A DNA stretch of 64,000 bases from a virus, in the IMG/VR virus record IMGVR_UViG_3300046474_000239, positions 32,001-96,000 of that record. One strand, given 5' to 3'. Positions 18,399-27,928 of the stretch are shown in pieces; the stretch's first letter is position 1; every line of letters begins with the position of its first letter. The translations under genes and the position numbers were made by a program. The notes below the pieces were generated by a model. That model made no database searches. It saw nothing but the letters and a program-made list of their open reading frames with translations, and was not told the origin of the DNA.

Positions 18399-19595
18399 AT
18401 GAAGATCGAGAACGGCTTGTACATGCTCCTGGGGGCTGCCTCGGTGCGCCTGCATACGGGGGTGTTGGAGAACGGGGACGGCCCGCTCCTGACCTCCTGG
18501 CTGGGCACCTGCCGTAAGGATGCGTTCGACGTGGTAGGCAACGAAGAGTGGCCTAACCAGACGCAACCCGCGATCCAGCTAGGCCTTCACGGAGAGCACG
18601 GCATCGTGACCCTCCTGCACTCCCTGGGGTTGCTCGACTCCGCCAAGTCTACCGGCCACATCTACTACGACAAGGGCCAGTGGGTCGGCTACGACGAAGC
18701 AGGGCTGGAGTACTGCCGCGACACCAACTACCTGAAAGTACGGGCGGAGATCCACGCCTACTGCGAAGTCCTGGATGTGCCGCTCGATGGTCGTATCCCA
18801 GCCTCGGGCGAGACCTGGAAGCACTCCAACGGTAACGAGTATGTGATTGACAAGCTGGCCAACCAGTACAGCGACCGTGCAGAGTACCCGCCCACCGTGG
18901 TCTACCAGGGTGCCAACGGCAAAGTCTGGAGCAAGACGCTCCTGAATTTCCTGCGGAAGATGACCTACGTCAGTAGCCCCGAGCCAGTGGCGTGTGGCCA
19001 GTTGTCGATCCCCGGCCTGGACATAGTCGGCGTGCGTAAAGGCAACACTTGGCCAGCCAACGAGGCGGAAGACAGCACCCCGCAGGCGGACATCGACCTG
19101 GAATACTCGAAAGGGAGCAAGCTCTGCGCCTCCAGCGACCGCATGTGGTACGGGGCGGTCTTGGTCAATGGCCAGACGATGGAGCACGCGGAAGAGCTGC
19201 GGGACATGGTAGTGGAAGGTCTGAAGGTCGTGACCGGCAACACCTGCGAGGAAGAAGGCTGCCCGCACTACGGCACCCCTCACGCGCACTCGAAGCCGTT
19301 GCAGCCGGTAGACCAGGATGGCGAACCATTTGCCCAGGATCAATGGTGGGTCACGGAGCTGGAGAACGTCCTTTACAGCCAGCCGGTCACCAAGGACCAG
19401 GCGCGGGCGTGCCGCGTGGCCCTGAACCTGGTGAAGTCGGTACTGCCTATCACCGTGGTCATGCCTCAGATGGATGACGAGGCTAAGCAGAAGTTCATCG
19501 AAGCATGGAGCGCAGTTGATCACAGCAGAACCAAACTGATTGGCCTGGATCCGCAGGATCACATGTACGACCGCTTCACCAAACAACCAGACTGA
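18399..19595 (+). CDS. mosaic multidomain protein with an internal DUF1653-like domain
   Basis: WKHSNGNEY...VVYQGANGKVWSK...F resembles DUF1653 (YRHYKG.Y...VVY...W.R..F). Confidence 0.65.
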   Translation: MKIENGLYMLLGAASVRLHTGVLENGDGPLLTSWLGTCRKDAFDVVGNEEWPNQTQPAIQLGLHGEHGIVTLLHSLGLLDSAKSTGHIYYDKGQWVGYDEAGLEYCRDTNYLKVRAEIHAYCEVLDVPLDGRIPASGETWKHSNGNEYVIDKLANQYSDRAEYPPTVVYQGANGKVWSKTLLNFLRKMTYVSSPEPVACGQLSIPGLDIVGVRKGNTWPANEAEDSTPQADIDLEYSKGSKLCASSDRMWYGAVLVNGQTMEHAEELRDMVVEGLKVVTGNTCEEEGCPHYGTPHAHSKPLQPVDQDGEPFAQDQWWVTELENVLYSQPVTKDQARACRVALNLVKSVLPITVVMPQMDDEAKQKFIEAWSAVDHSRTKLIGLDPQDHMYDRFTKQPD

Positions 19596-19608
19596 AAAGG
19601 AATCGGCC

Positions 19609-20103
19609 ATGTCAGCCAAAATTAGTCAATGCGGAAGATACCGTTGGGTGCTGACTCGCCGTGTAACCGGGCGCATCACCTCTCACAAGATCAAGCCAGG
19701 CGTTCTGCTCTGGGTGATGCTCAACCCGTCGACCGCAGATGCGGAAGTGGACGATGCAACCATCCGCAAGATCACAGGGTTCGCCCGCTCCTGGGGCTAC
19801 CGTGAGTTCGTCGTGGTCAACCTGTATGCGTACCGTGCTACCGACCCTTCGGAGCTTCGCGATGTGCGGGATCCTGTAGGTGCGGAGAACGACGCCTGGA
19901 TCTACGCAGCCAGCGTCCGCGCCTCAATGGTCATACTCGGGTGGGGAAACGAGGCAGACCCCGCCCGTGCGAAGGCAGTGGTCGATATTCTCACCACCGA
20001 CAACCCTGTCTTGTACTGCCTGGGTGTCAACAAGAACGGCTCGCCTAAACATCCGCTGTACCTGAAGGGAACCAGCGTTCCTGAGATCTGGGAGGCAGCA
20101 TGA
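19609..20103 (+). CDS. DUF1643 family protein
   Basis: CGRYRW.L.R, MLNPSTAD...DDATIR, VNLYAYRATDP, G.PKHPLY. Confidence 0.9.
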   Translation: MSAKISQCGRYRWVLTRRVTGRITSHKIKPGVLLWVMLNPSTADAEVDDATIRKITGFARSWGYREFVVVNLYAYRATDPSELRDVRDPVGAENDAWIYAASVRASMVILGWGNEADPARAKAVVDILTTDNPVLYCLGVNKNGSPKHPLYLKGTSVPEIWEAA

Positions 20104-20267
20104 ACCTCGTGCTGCTCGACACGCTGTTCGCGCTGGTCAAGATGCTGTACTTCCTCAGCGCCTGGGAGGTGGCCACGTCGTCCGTGGCCATGATCAGCAA
20201 GCGCCAGTACATCCTGCCTATCCTCGCTCTCTGCGTACTGCTCGTCCTAGACCGGTACGTCCCATAG
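20100..20267 (+). CDS. 55-aa membrane protein (not in the ORF track)
   Basis: GGAGG RBS, ATGA overlap. Confidence 0.55.
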   Translation: MNLVLLDTLFALVKMLYFLSAWEVATSSVAMISKRQYILPILALCVLLVLDRYVP

Positions 20268-20299
20268 CCGTGCAATTGATTGCACGAGCATCGGTGGTT

Positions 20300-20328
20300 C
20301 TGACTTCCTAAAAGCACAGCGGTATACT
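20300..20328 (+). promoter_or_regulatory. putative sigma70 promoter
   Basis: CTGACT-N17-TATACT, about 15 bp downstream of a palindrome copy. Confidence 0.6.
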
Positions 20329-20355
20329 CCAGGCACCAACCCAGGAGTAACCGCC

Positions 20356-20868
20356 ATGAACCCAGGAAACGGCTTTGTCCAGATTCGTTACGGCCTCGTA
20401 GAGCCGGGCGATAAGATCTACATCCCCACCATCGGCTCCCACGTAGAAGTGGAACAGGACTCGATTTTCCAGGGTTCCTCGGTTGCCGCCCACAAAGCGG
20501 TTTGGCGTGCGTCCCACAGGGTCAACGTCTCCCCCTCCTTTGCCAGCTCCACGGAGCGCTGCGACCACGTCAGCGAGCTGGACCATTGCGTTCTGCGCCA
20601 GGACGGCTACTACGACCTGCACCGCGTCGTGGTTGGCAAGGACAACGAGTTCGTCTACCTCCGCCCGGTGGCGCAGGCAGGGGCCTCGGGCCGGACCAGC
20701 ACCACCACCAACAAGGTCTGCCGCCGCACTGGCAAGGCCTGGAAGTGGGACGAGACGGGCTGGACCGGCATGCCGGGCACCGAGCTGCGGGCGGAGGGAG
20801 AGATAGGTTTCCGCGTGAGCGCCCCTACCGCAGACCCAGTACGCAGCTCCGCGTTTTACGGTGATTAA
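20356..20868 (+). CDS. hypothetical protein
   Basis: AGGAG RBS. Confidence 0.7.
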   Translation: MNPGNGFVQIRYGLVEPGDKIYIPTIGSHVEVEQDSIFQGSSVAAHKAVWRASHRVNVSPSFASSTERCDHVSELDHCVLRQDGYYDLHRVVVGKDNEFVYLRPVAQAGASGRTSTTTNKVCRRTGKAWKWDETGWTGMPGTELRAEGEIGFRVSAPTADPVRSSAFYGD

Positions 20869-21712
20869 GATGACAGAACTTGAGTTTCGTAGGGTCTACG
20901 ACTTCAGGCTGGCTTACGACCTCCTGATGGGCTTTACAGCCCCGCGTATTTCAGGGTTTGGAGACCAAGACACCGCGCCAGACACTGACTCGGTGTTCTA
21001 CACCCAAGCGAGGGATCGCCTTGTATGGCTCTTACTATCGCCTTACGGCCTTACGGTAAGAACAAGCCACCTAGCATTGAGAGAGCTTTACGACTTGTAC
21101 GACGAAGCGTTACTGGCTGAGCTGCTCGTGCTGCGGGACATAGCACGGGAGGCTGCAAGACTGCGCCGCCAGGAGCGTGAAGAAATCACACCTGGTCGAC
21201 CCTTCGCCCCGCCCCAGTCGAGCCCGGACTTCCGCAGGGTGGACCAGCAGCGCCGGGAGGAAAACAGGCAGCTCCGGGCGGAGGTAGCCCGCACCCGCCG
21301 AGCCGCAGACCCACCCCAGATCCGCAGAGGTAACGAGCTGCCTACACGCGGTCAACCCGTACCACCTGTACCCGTCGAGGCGGTAGACGCTGACTACGTC
21401 AGCCCGCGCACCAGGGCCGGGCGGATAGCTCGCATTAACAGGCAGATCAACTCCCTGGAGCAGGAGCACGAGGAGGACTACTTGCTACCTCCAGCAGAGC
21501 GCGCTCGCCGGGCGGGCGAGATGGTGGACCGATTGACCGAGTTTGCTCAGCAGCTCGAAGACCTGGGACACGACAGCAGCAAGATGAGGAAGAAACAGTC
21601 CAAGACCAAGAAGGTGACCGAGAGGACCAAACCTGAACCGAAACCAAAGGTCATCAAACGTCGACTCACTGTCGGCAAGAAACGTCCATCAGTGCCGCCG
21701 CACCAAGAGTGA
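20861..21712 (+). CDS. hypothetical Arg/Lys-rich protein
   Basis: 283-aa ORF with a basic C-terminal tail. Confidence 0.7.
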   Translation: MIKMTELEFRRVYDFRLAYDLLMGFTAPRISGFGDQDTAPDTDSVFYTQARDRLVWLLLSPYGLTVRTSHLALRELYDLYDEALLAELLVLRDIAREAARLRRQEREEITPGRPFAPPQSSPDFRRVDQQRREENRQLRAEVARTRRAADPPQIRRGNELPTRGQPVPPVPVEAVDADYVSPRTRAGRIARINRQINSLEQEHEEDYLLPPAERARRAGEMVDRLTEFAQQLEDLGHDSSKMRKKQSKTKKVTERTKPEPKPKVIKRRLTVGKKRPSVPPHQE

Positions 21713-21753
21713 CCGTGCGGTAAGCTGAACCCATAACCACGAGGAGCAACACC

Positions 21754-22104
21754 ATGCCAGTAATGAACAACATCTCCGACGTGCTGACCTTCGTAGGCAG
21801 CCAGGACGCCCGCGCCGTGCCGATCAAGTTGCCTATCGGTTTCAACGAATGGAGCGAGGCCAGGAAGCAGCTCGAAGAAGACAACGCGGAGTTTTTCACC
21901 ACCGCCGACCCGGTCCCGGTTGACGCCCAGATTTGCGCGCTGTGGACCGAGAACGGCAAGCGCGGCTTCATGCTGGTCCAGGAAAACCCAAAGCGCTACA
22001 TCTGCACCAACTGGCTGAAGAACCTGGTACAGCGCCCGGTAGAAGCCCCGATCCCTAACCTGATGCGTCACCAGATGCGCCAGGCCTTCAAAGGGAGCAA
22101 GTGA
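21754..22104 (+). CDS. hypothetical protein
   Basis: GAGGAG RBS. Confidence 0.7.
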   Translation: MPVMNNISDVLTFVGSQDARAVPIKLPIGFNEWSEARKQLEEDNAEFFTTADPVPVDAQICALWTENGKRGFMLVQENPKRYICTNWLKNLVQRPVEAPIPNLMRHQMRQAFKGSK

Positions 22105-22676
22105 TGGATAAGCCAGACAATGCGGTCTTCGAGACCTTGGGTCAGGCCTTCTCCACGGTGGCCACCTGGTTCATCGACTTCCGCCACCAGCACGTACACG
22201 CGGGGCTCAGCCTGGTAAACCAGGGCGATGCCTCGGAAGGACAGCTCGTGCACTGGGTCTGCGTCGAGCACTCGGACAAGATCCTGTACACCATCGCCCG
22301 CATTACGCCGATCAGCATGCCGCCGCTCGACGGGAGGGAGCGCTGGAACTGGCGAGTGGAGTTCCGTCAGCCCGGCGAGATCATCTCTCTGGTATTCGAT
22401 AACTACGCCCGCGCCTGCGGCCGGGAGCGGTACACCCGCAACGAGGCTATCCAGGCCTTCGAGGACCACAACCAGGAGTTCCACCCAGGTGCAACGCTTA
22501 GTTTCACCGCCTCTGCACCGGGGCGCACAGTGGTACGGCGGAAAGCTGACGAAGGGGCATGGCAGGTGGTTTGCGGGGTGATCCTCGACGAAGCCGTCAT
22601 CCAAGGCCTCAAGATAACCAAGCACCCCCAGCGCGGGATCTTCGAGAAGGCCTTTGGCATCGACATCATAGGGTGA
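22101..22676 (+). CDS. hypothetical protein
   Basis: GTGA overlap. Confidence 0.7.
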   Translation: MMDKPDNAVFETLGQAFSTVATWFIDFRHQHVHAGLSLVNQGDASEGQLVHWVCVEHSDKILYTIARITPISMPPLDGRERWNWRVEFRQPGEIISLVFDNYARACGRERYTRNEAIQAFEDHNQEFHPGATLSFTASAPGRTVVRRKADEGAWQVVCGVILDEAVIQGLKITKHPQRGIFEKAFGIDIIG

Positions 22677-22679
22677 ACC

Positions 22680-22997
22680 ATGCAAGCGATTAAGCGAGCG
22701 TTGCAGCGTCTCAGGCTGGCCCTGGCGCCGGTCAAGCCTGTGAACAAGGTGGGCAAGCTGGGCCTGTGGGAGCGGGGCGAGGTGATGGACTACGGGGACT
22801 GCTTCGTAGCCCACATCACGGTCAATGGCACCCCAGGGGCGGTTATGGTGCGAGCCCCCACCAAGGCCTCAGCCGCAGCCCGCCGCGACCTGATAGTCCA
22901 GACGATGATGCAGGAATCCCGCGAAGAGGCGGCGGTGCAATTGATTGCACGAACCTCCGGCGACGAGACCGTAAACCTGGTGAAGTCAAGTCAGTGA
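22680..22997 (+). CDS. hypothetical protein
   Basis: Contains the palindrome in frame (VQLIA). Confidence 0.65.
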   Translation: MQAIKRALQRLRLALAPVKPVNKVGKLGLWERGEVMDYGDCFVAHITVNGTPGAVMVRAPTKASAAARRDLIVQTMMQESREEAAVQLIARTSGDETVNLVKSSQ

Positions 22998-23067
22998 ACA
23001 TGGGCGCGCGGGCGTCTATTAGGTAAACTTCTTGGTATGTTCACCACAACAATTCAGAGGAAAGACC

Positions 23068-23856
23068 ATGGACCCCAAGGCCCGTCTTGAGAAGAACTTC
23101 GCATCTGCCATCGTGGGGATGATGGACCGCAGCTACTTTCCATCCACCCTGCTTTGGGTAGAAACCAACAACCCTCGCGTGCGCGGCGTCGACCGGGACT
23201 GGCAAGTCTTCCTGCATGGCGTGGAGAACGGGGCCAAGGCCTCCCTTGAGCGGATACAGCCCACGATTGAGCGTGGCGAAGACGCCGTTGTAAAGTGCTT
23301 CACGCACCTGGAAAACGCCCTGGCCAAGAGCGATGACCTGAGCGTTGGCGCCTTGGAGGACTTACTGGCTGCCCGCAACGTGATGACCGAGTACACCCAG
23401 TTCGTCTGGAAGGGCTTCTACAACGCGCTGAAGGACTGGGCATCGGGTGTACTGGGCCTACAGGTTGATCGCCTGGGAGCGAGCGCTGAGACGGAGACTG
23501 CCGCCCTGGCTGCGATTCTCATGGGCATACTTCAGCAAGACGCCTACCACCCGTTCTTCGGATGGGCGCTGGCCACTTACAAGGATCGCCGCGACATCCA
23601 CATCTCGGATCTGCGGGAGGTGACGGTCCAGTACTTGCGCACGCCTCCTACCGATAAGGAGATGTTGGACCTGCTCAACGCCATGAACGTACAGTCGGCG
23701 GTAGGCCAGTACCTGAAGTGGGCTCGCCTGGAGTACAAGGAGGTGAAACAGAAAGTTATGGAGAAAAGCCATGGCATGACTCTGCCGAGGGCGGAGCTGT
23801 CTGAGTGGATCGCGACGGCGCTGTTCAACGAGGGCGAGGATGATGACGACGAGTAA
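23068..23856 (+). CDS. hypothetical helical protein
   Basis: GAGGA RBS, ATG at 23068. Confidence 0.7.
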   Translation: MDPKARLEKNFASAIVGMMDRSYFPSTLLWVETNNPRVRGVDRDWQVFLHGVENGAKASLERIQPTIERGEDAVVKCFTHLENALAKSDDLSVGALEDLLAARNVMTEYTQFVWKGFYNALKDWASGVLGLQVDRLGASAETETAALAAILMGILQQDAYHPFFGWALATYKDRRDIHISDLREVTVQYLRTPPTDKEMLDLLNAMNVQSAVGQYLKWARLEYKEVKQKVMEKSHGMTLPRAELSEWIATALFNEGEDDDDE

Positions 23857-24109
23857 ACGCGATAACCCTTGCAACGACCTTGACGACACAGTCAAGGAGA
23901 TCCCCGAGTTCATTGACTTGGCGCGGGAGGTGTTGAAGGGGTGGGAGGCAGGTAAGACCTTCTTGCTACCCACCGTTGCAAAGGGCCTGCGTGACGCCTA
24001 CGAGATGGGCCGCAAGGGCAAGCGACCGAAGGTCAAAGCTCGGGAGGAAGAACCCGAGGAAGAAGAGCAACCGACCCCGGCAGTGCGTCGAGTACGGCGA
24101 ACCCGGTAA
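23840..24109 (+). CDS. hypothetical protein with acidic linker and RRVRRTR tail
   Basis: Overlaps the upstream stop. Confidence 0.7.
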   Translation: MMTTSKRDNPCNDLDDTVKEIPEFIDLAREVLKGWEAGKTFLLPTVAKGLRDAYEMGRKGKRPKVKAREEEPEEEEQPTPAVRRVRRTR

Positions 24110-24129
24110 CCCATTGACAGGAGACACCC

Positions 24130-24549
24130 ATGAGCAATGAGCAAGAGTATTCCCAGGTCCTGGCAGCGTTCGCGCCAGCAGACCGCCATGTACACGGATC
24201 GGGCGCCCTCCTGGATGCAGTATGCCGCTACATGGATACCGGCCTCCCCGACGTGGCCTACGCCCTGGCCAAGTCCGGCTCGTCCATCATGCAGCACGAC
24301 GACGCCTTCGACTTCGAGAACAAGGACTGGACGGACATCTACCTGGAAGCCTTCCGCCGCGCCTTCTTCGACAAGGAGACCGCCCCGGACTTCGGTTGCG
24401 AGCACATCGCCAACAACCCGTCGATGCTGAAGATGGTCTCGGTCGAGCTGATCACCGAAGCGCTGTCGATCAAGGCTGTCGACGTGATGGACCCGAACGA
24501 CCTTCCGGCAAACGTCTGCCTCTTCCCCGCCGTACGCACCAGACAGTGA
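24130..24549 (+). CDS. hypothetical protein
   Basis: AGGAG RBS. Confidence 0.7.
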   Translation: MSNEQEYSQVLAAFAPADRHVHGSGALLDAVCRYMDTGLPDVAYALAKSGSSIMQHDDAFDFENKDWTDIYLEAFRRAFFDKETAPDFGCEHIANNPSMLKMVSVELITEALSIKAVDVMDPNDLPANVCLFPAVRTRQ

Positions 24550-24556
24550 GGTCACC

Positions 24557-25606
24557 ATGGGCGTCCTGAATCCAACCCGCACGAGACTTTCGCCGCACTT
24601 CCTCCTGTCGGACATGATGGGCTGCAACTCGGTCTACGCCGAGGGATACCCCAACGTGTTCAACAAGCAAGCCGGGTTCGACGAGCGCCTGGCAAACGGT
24701 AAAGCGCTGTGCGAGAACGCCCTGGAGCCTATCCTGGCGCTGATCGGACCCATCTCAATTTCCTACGGGTTCATCTCGCCCTCGCTGTCCGACAAGATCG
24801 TCAAGTACCAGGACCCGCGCAAGCCAAGCCATCATCGGTGGGACTTGGGTGCAGCCGTAGACATCTGCCCGCATGCCTGGGTGCAGCTTCTGACCCCGGA
24901 CGCCAACGTGGGCGGAGACTCACCAATCAGCTTCGCGCTGAACCACCTCCAGGACCTACAACTGAGCCGACTGATTACCTACAGCGAATCGCCCTACATC
25001 TGCATCGCCGTGAGCGACGAAGAAGTGCGCACCGGCAAGCCGCGTATGGCCTGGTACGAAAACCGGTACACCGGCAAGTCTGGGGTGAAGCCCGACTACC
25101 GCAAGTACCCGAACCAGGGAGCCCGCGACCGTGCGCTTGCCAGGCTCCTGGAAGACGGTATGGACTTCGACTGGGTAGGCAAGGGCTTCCCCACGTACCA
25201 CGGCGGCGGGCGGAAGCAGATGCACCACATTCGCACCTCGAAGTACACCATGATGACCGACTGGCTGTACGACGAAGAGTGGGTCACCGAAGGAGTGAAG
25301 AACGTCCCCAGCGTGCTTGACCCTGCGGTATTGGAGGCCTTCAGCCTGGCCGGTGAGGTCTATGACAAGCTGATCGAGATCACAGGTTTGCCGCGCTTCA
25401 GCATCGTCTCCGGTTACACTTCTCCGCGTAGCGCCGGATGGATCCCCAACCACGACTGGCGCGGCGACACCATTGAGTTCGAGCTGGTCCCACCCGAGTA
25501 CAAGAAGCCGGAGGAGATTATCCTGTCGGTACTGTTCGGGGGCTGGCCGAAAGACACCTACATCAAGGCGGTAGATGACCGCCTACTGATCACCATCGAG
25601 CGATAG
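24557..25606 (+). CDS. peptidase M15-like protein with a second degenerate M15-like repeat
   Basis: LSPHFLLSD...LEP....ISISYGF...SHH....AAVDI; second half GVKNVP...IVSGYTSP. Confidence 0.65.
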   Translation: MGVLNPTRTRLSPHFLLSDMMGCNSVYAEGYPNVFNKQAGFDERLANGKALCENALEPILALIGPISISYGFISPSLSDKIVKYQDPRKPSHHRWDLGAAVDICPHAWVQLLTPDANVGGDSPISFALNHLQDLQLSRLITYSESPYICIAVSDEEVRTGKPRMAWYENRYTGKSGVKPDYRKYPNQGARDRALARLLEDGMDFDWVGKGFPTYHGGGRKQMHHIRTSKYTMMTDWLYDEEWVTEGVKNVPSVLDPAVLEAFSLAGEVYDKLIEITGLPRFSIVSGYTSPRSAGWIPNHDWRGDTIEFELVPPEYKKPEEIILSVLFGGWPKDTYIKAVDDRLLITIER

Positions 25607-25608
25607 CC

Positions 25609-26484
25609 ATGGTCAATTTACGTGAAGCACGCAGGCTCCTGGCAGGCACCAAGAAGCCAGAGAAACCTGTAGAAGAAACCAAGGCCGAGATCAAGACAGC
25701 GGTCGCGGTGGCCGGTGCAGGAGTCTCCGTACTGAACTCCATGGTGCAGGCACGGATGAGTGAGCAGCTCATGGCCAACATAGACGACTGGGTACTCAAC
25801 GGCGGCCAGAACGACACACCGCGCAACGTGAACCTACAGGACTGGAACCAGCTCTTGAGTGAGCCCTCGCTGATAGCGCAACTGCAACAGATTGAGGTCA
25901 CATCACTCTCCAACCCGCCGATCATTCAGCAGCTAGCGAACCGTGTGATGGGGTTCGACCCCGCGCAGCCGGGCAGCGAGCGGACGGTAGTACGGGTACA
26001 CACCACCAACACGCTGGCGCGGGCGATGGAGTCGGCTAGGTCGACCCTGACGGAGACCGCCGTAGAGGTGCAGGTCAGGCACATAGGCAGGATCAACGGG
26101 TTGCTGGACCAGTTCAATACCAAGTCCGAGCAGGCGCTACGCAGGGAAGGGATCACCAACGGCGGGGCGGGCGTACGCCCAAGGGACATGGTGCCCGGTA
26201 ACAACGACCTGAGCAGCTTCTTCAGGCGCGAGGGTGGCCCGGACCACGTCGAGTCGATCCAGGCCGTTGTCTACTGGGGCTACGGAGACAGGCGTATCTG
26301 CATCATGGAGTGCACGATGGACGTGTATAACCCCCATCGAGGGACTGATACGAACCAGGCGCTACTGGCCTTCAAGGTTCGCGATACTCAGAACTTCGGC
26401 ATACAGCCCTTTCGCGGGTCGGCCAACTACAACGAGACGGTAGGATTCTTCATCTACCAGGCCCAGCAGGGAGGGCGCCTATGA
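25609..26484 (+). CDS. hypothetical protein
   Basis: 291-aa ORF, tight packing. Confidence 0.7.
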   Translation: MVNLREARRLLAGTKKPEKPVEETKAEIKTAVAVAGAGVSVLNSMVQARMSEQLMANIDDWVLNGGQNDTPRNVNLQDWNQLLSEPSLIAQLQQIEVTSLSNPPIIQQLANRVMGFDPAQPGSERTVVRVHTTNTLARAMESARSTLTETAVEVQVRHIGRINGLLDQFNTKSEQALRREGITNGGAGVRPRDMVPGNNDLSSFFRREGGPDHVESIQAVVYWGYGDRRICIMECTMDVYNPHRGTDTNQALLAFKVRDTQNFGIQPFRGSANYNETVGFFIYQAQQGGRL

Positions 26485-26846
26485 TCAACCAGGAGCGCAA
26501 GAAGTTCGCACTCGCCCAGGCACGGAAGCCAAGCGATACCGGTGCAGCAAGGACTTTGGCCAGAACGGTTTTAGTTCATGCACCGAACGAGACTGGGTAC
26601 TGCTATATTGCATTCAGCGAGGAGTTCCTCGCGTTCGTAGCGAGGGAGCTACCTCGGGGCCTGGCCCCATTTGATCCGGCGTTTATCCGGGTGAGTCACC
26701 TCGGCGACCTCTGGCAAGTCGAGGCGGTGTATGTACAAGACGGCACCAGCGAGATCCTTTGGCGCACGCCAGAGATCCCGAAGTGGGTGGGAAAACTGAG
26801 GAAGGAGAAGGTCGATGGCAGTGATACGGAGGCAACGAACGACTGA
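26481..26846 (+). CDS. hypothetical protein
   Basis: GGAGG RBS, ATGA overlap. Confidence 0.65.
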   Translation: MINQERKKFALAQARKPSDTGAARTLARTVLVHAPNETGYCYIAFSEEFLAFVARELPRGLAPFDPAFIRVSHLGDLWQVEAVYVQDGTSEILWRTPEIPKWVGKLRKEKVDGSDTEATND

Positions 26847-27252
26847 CTGGGACAAGACCCCAGCGGAACCGGTCAGGATCGTGGAGCCCGAGCGCCGGGC
26901 GGCGGTAGAGGATGAAGATGACGAGGAGGGAGGCGACCGCAGCTCCCGCGCCGCGTCAGGCCGAGTCGACTATCAGGCAGTATGCGAACGCTTCACAGCC
27001 GGTGTGACGAACCGGAAGACAGCCATCCGTGCAATGTGCGTCACCTGCATGGGCGGCATGGTCTACGAGGTCGCCAAGTGCACCTCGAACACTTGCCCTC
27101 TGTTCGAGTACCGGATGGGTGAGAACCCGAACGACGCTCGCACCATTGCGGCGAAACTGAAACGCGAGGCCGAGGCAGCCGCCAAAGCCACACCAAAGGC
27201 AGCGTCCAAACCGCCAGCGGCGGGACGGACAACACGACGTACAAGAGGATAA
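26815..27252 (+). CDS. Cys4 zinc-finger-like protein with Arg-rich termini
   Basis: AIRAMCVTC...EVAKC....CPLFEYRMG. Confidence 0.7.
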   Translation: MAVIRRQRTTDWDKTPAEPVRIVEPERRAAVEDEDDEEGGDRSSRAASGRVDYQAVCERFTAGVTNRKTAIRAMCVTCMGGMVYEVAKCTSNTCPLFEYRMGENPNDARTIAAKLKREAEAAAKATPKAASKPPAAGRTTRRTRG

Positions 27253-27256
27253 GGAA

Positions 27257-27922
27257 ATGGCACAAATTGTGGCGCTCCACTCACTGCCGAGAGCAGGAAA
27301 GGACACCTTGGCTGGGCTGCTGGTCGAGAAGTACGACTACACCCGCGTGGCGTTCGCGACGGCCCTTTACCGGGAGGTGAGTGAAGCCTTTGACGCGAGC
27401 GTTGAGCTACTTCAGTCGCATGATTGGAAGACCCGCCCCCAGAAGTCACTTGCGTTGCTGAATTGCTCAGACCGCGACTTCGTCCGGGTGGCTCTAAGCC
27501 ACGGCGTAGCCATCGGGGAGCCTCTCACCTCCCGCCAGGTACTTCAGTTCTGGGGCACGGAGTATCGCCGCCGCCAGGACAAGGAATACTGGATAGACCA
27601 GTTCGACGAGGAGCTGACTCGGCTGTACGAAGAAGGCAGACGCCTTTTCGTCGTGTCGGACACTCGCGCCTACAACGACGAGAGTGGGCAGCCGCTGTAC
27701 AACGAAGCCGAGTACATCCTCCAGCGCTGCATCGAGCTGGGTGTCGGCTACGCCATGGTGGAGATCCTTCGGGAGGGGGTGGTACACACCGGCCACACCA
27801 GCGACGACCGCTTCCCGGACGACTTCATCACCAACACCGTACACAACAACGGCGACCCTGTGGACATGCTGCCGCAGATCGCTCCCTTCATCGCAGGCAC
27901 ACCTGAGTACAACCCGGAGTAA
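27257..27922 (+). CDS. deoxynucleoside monophosphate kinase
   Basis: P-loop AGKDT, FA.AL, RQVLQFWGTEY.R, VVSDTR, HTSD. Confidence 0.85.
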   Translation: MAQIVALHSLPRAGKDTLAGLLVEKYDYTRVAFATALYREVSEAFDASVELLQSHDWKTRPQKSLALLNCSDRDFVRVALSHGVAIGEPLTSRQVLQFWGTEYRRRQDKEYWIDQFDEELTRLYEEGRRLFVVSDTRAYNDESGQPLYNEAEYILQRCIELGVGYAMVEILREGVVHTGHTSDDRFPDDFITNTVHNNGDPVDMLPQIAPFIAGTPEYNPE

Positions 27923-27928
27923 GAGCAC

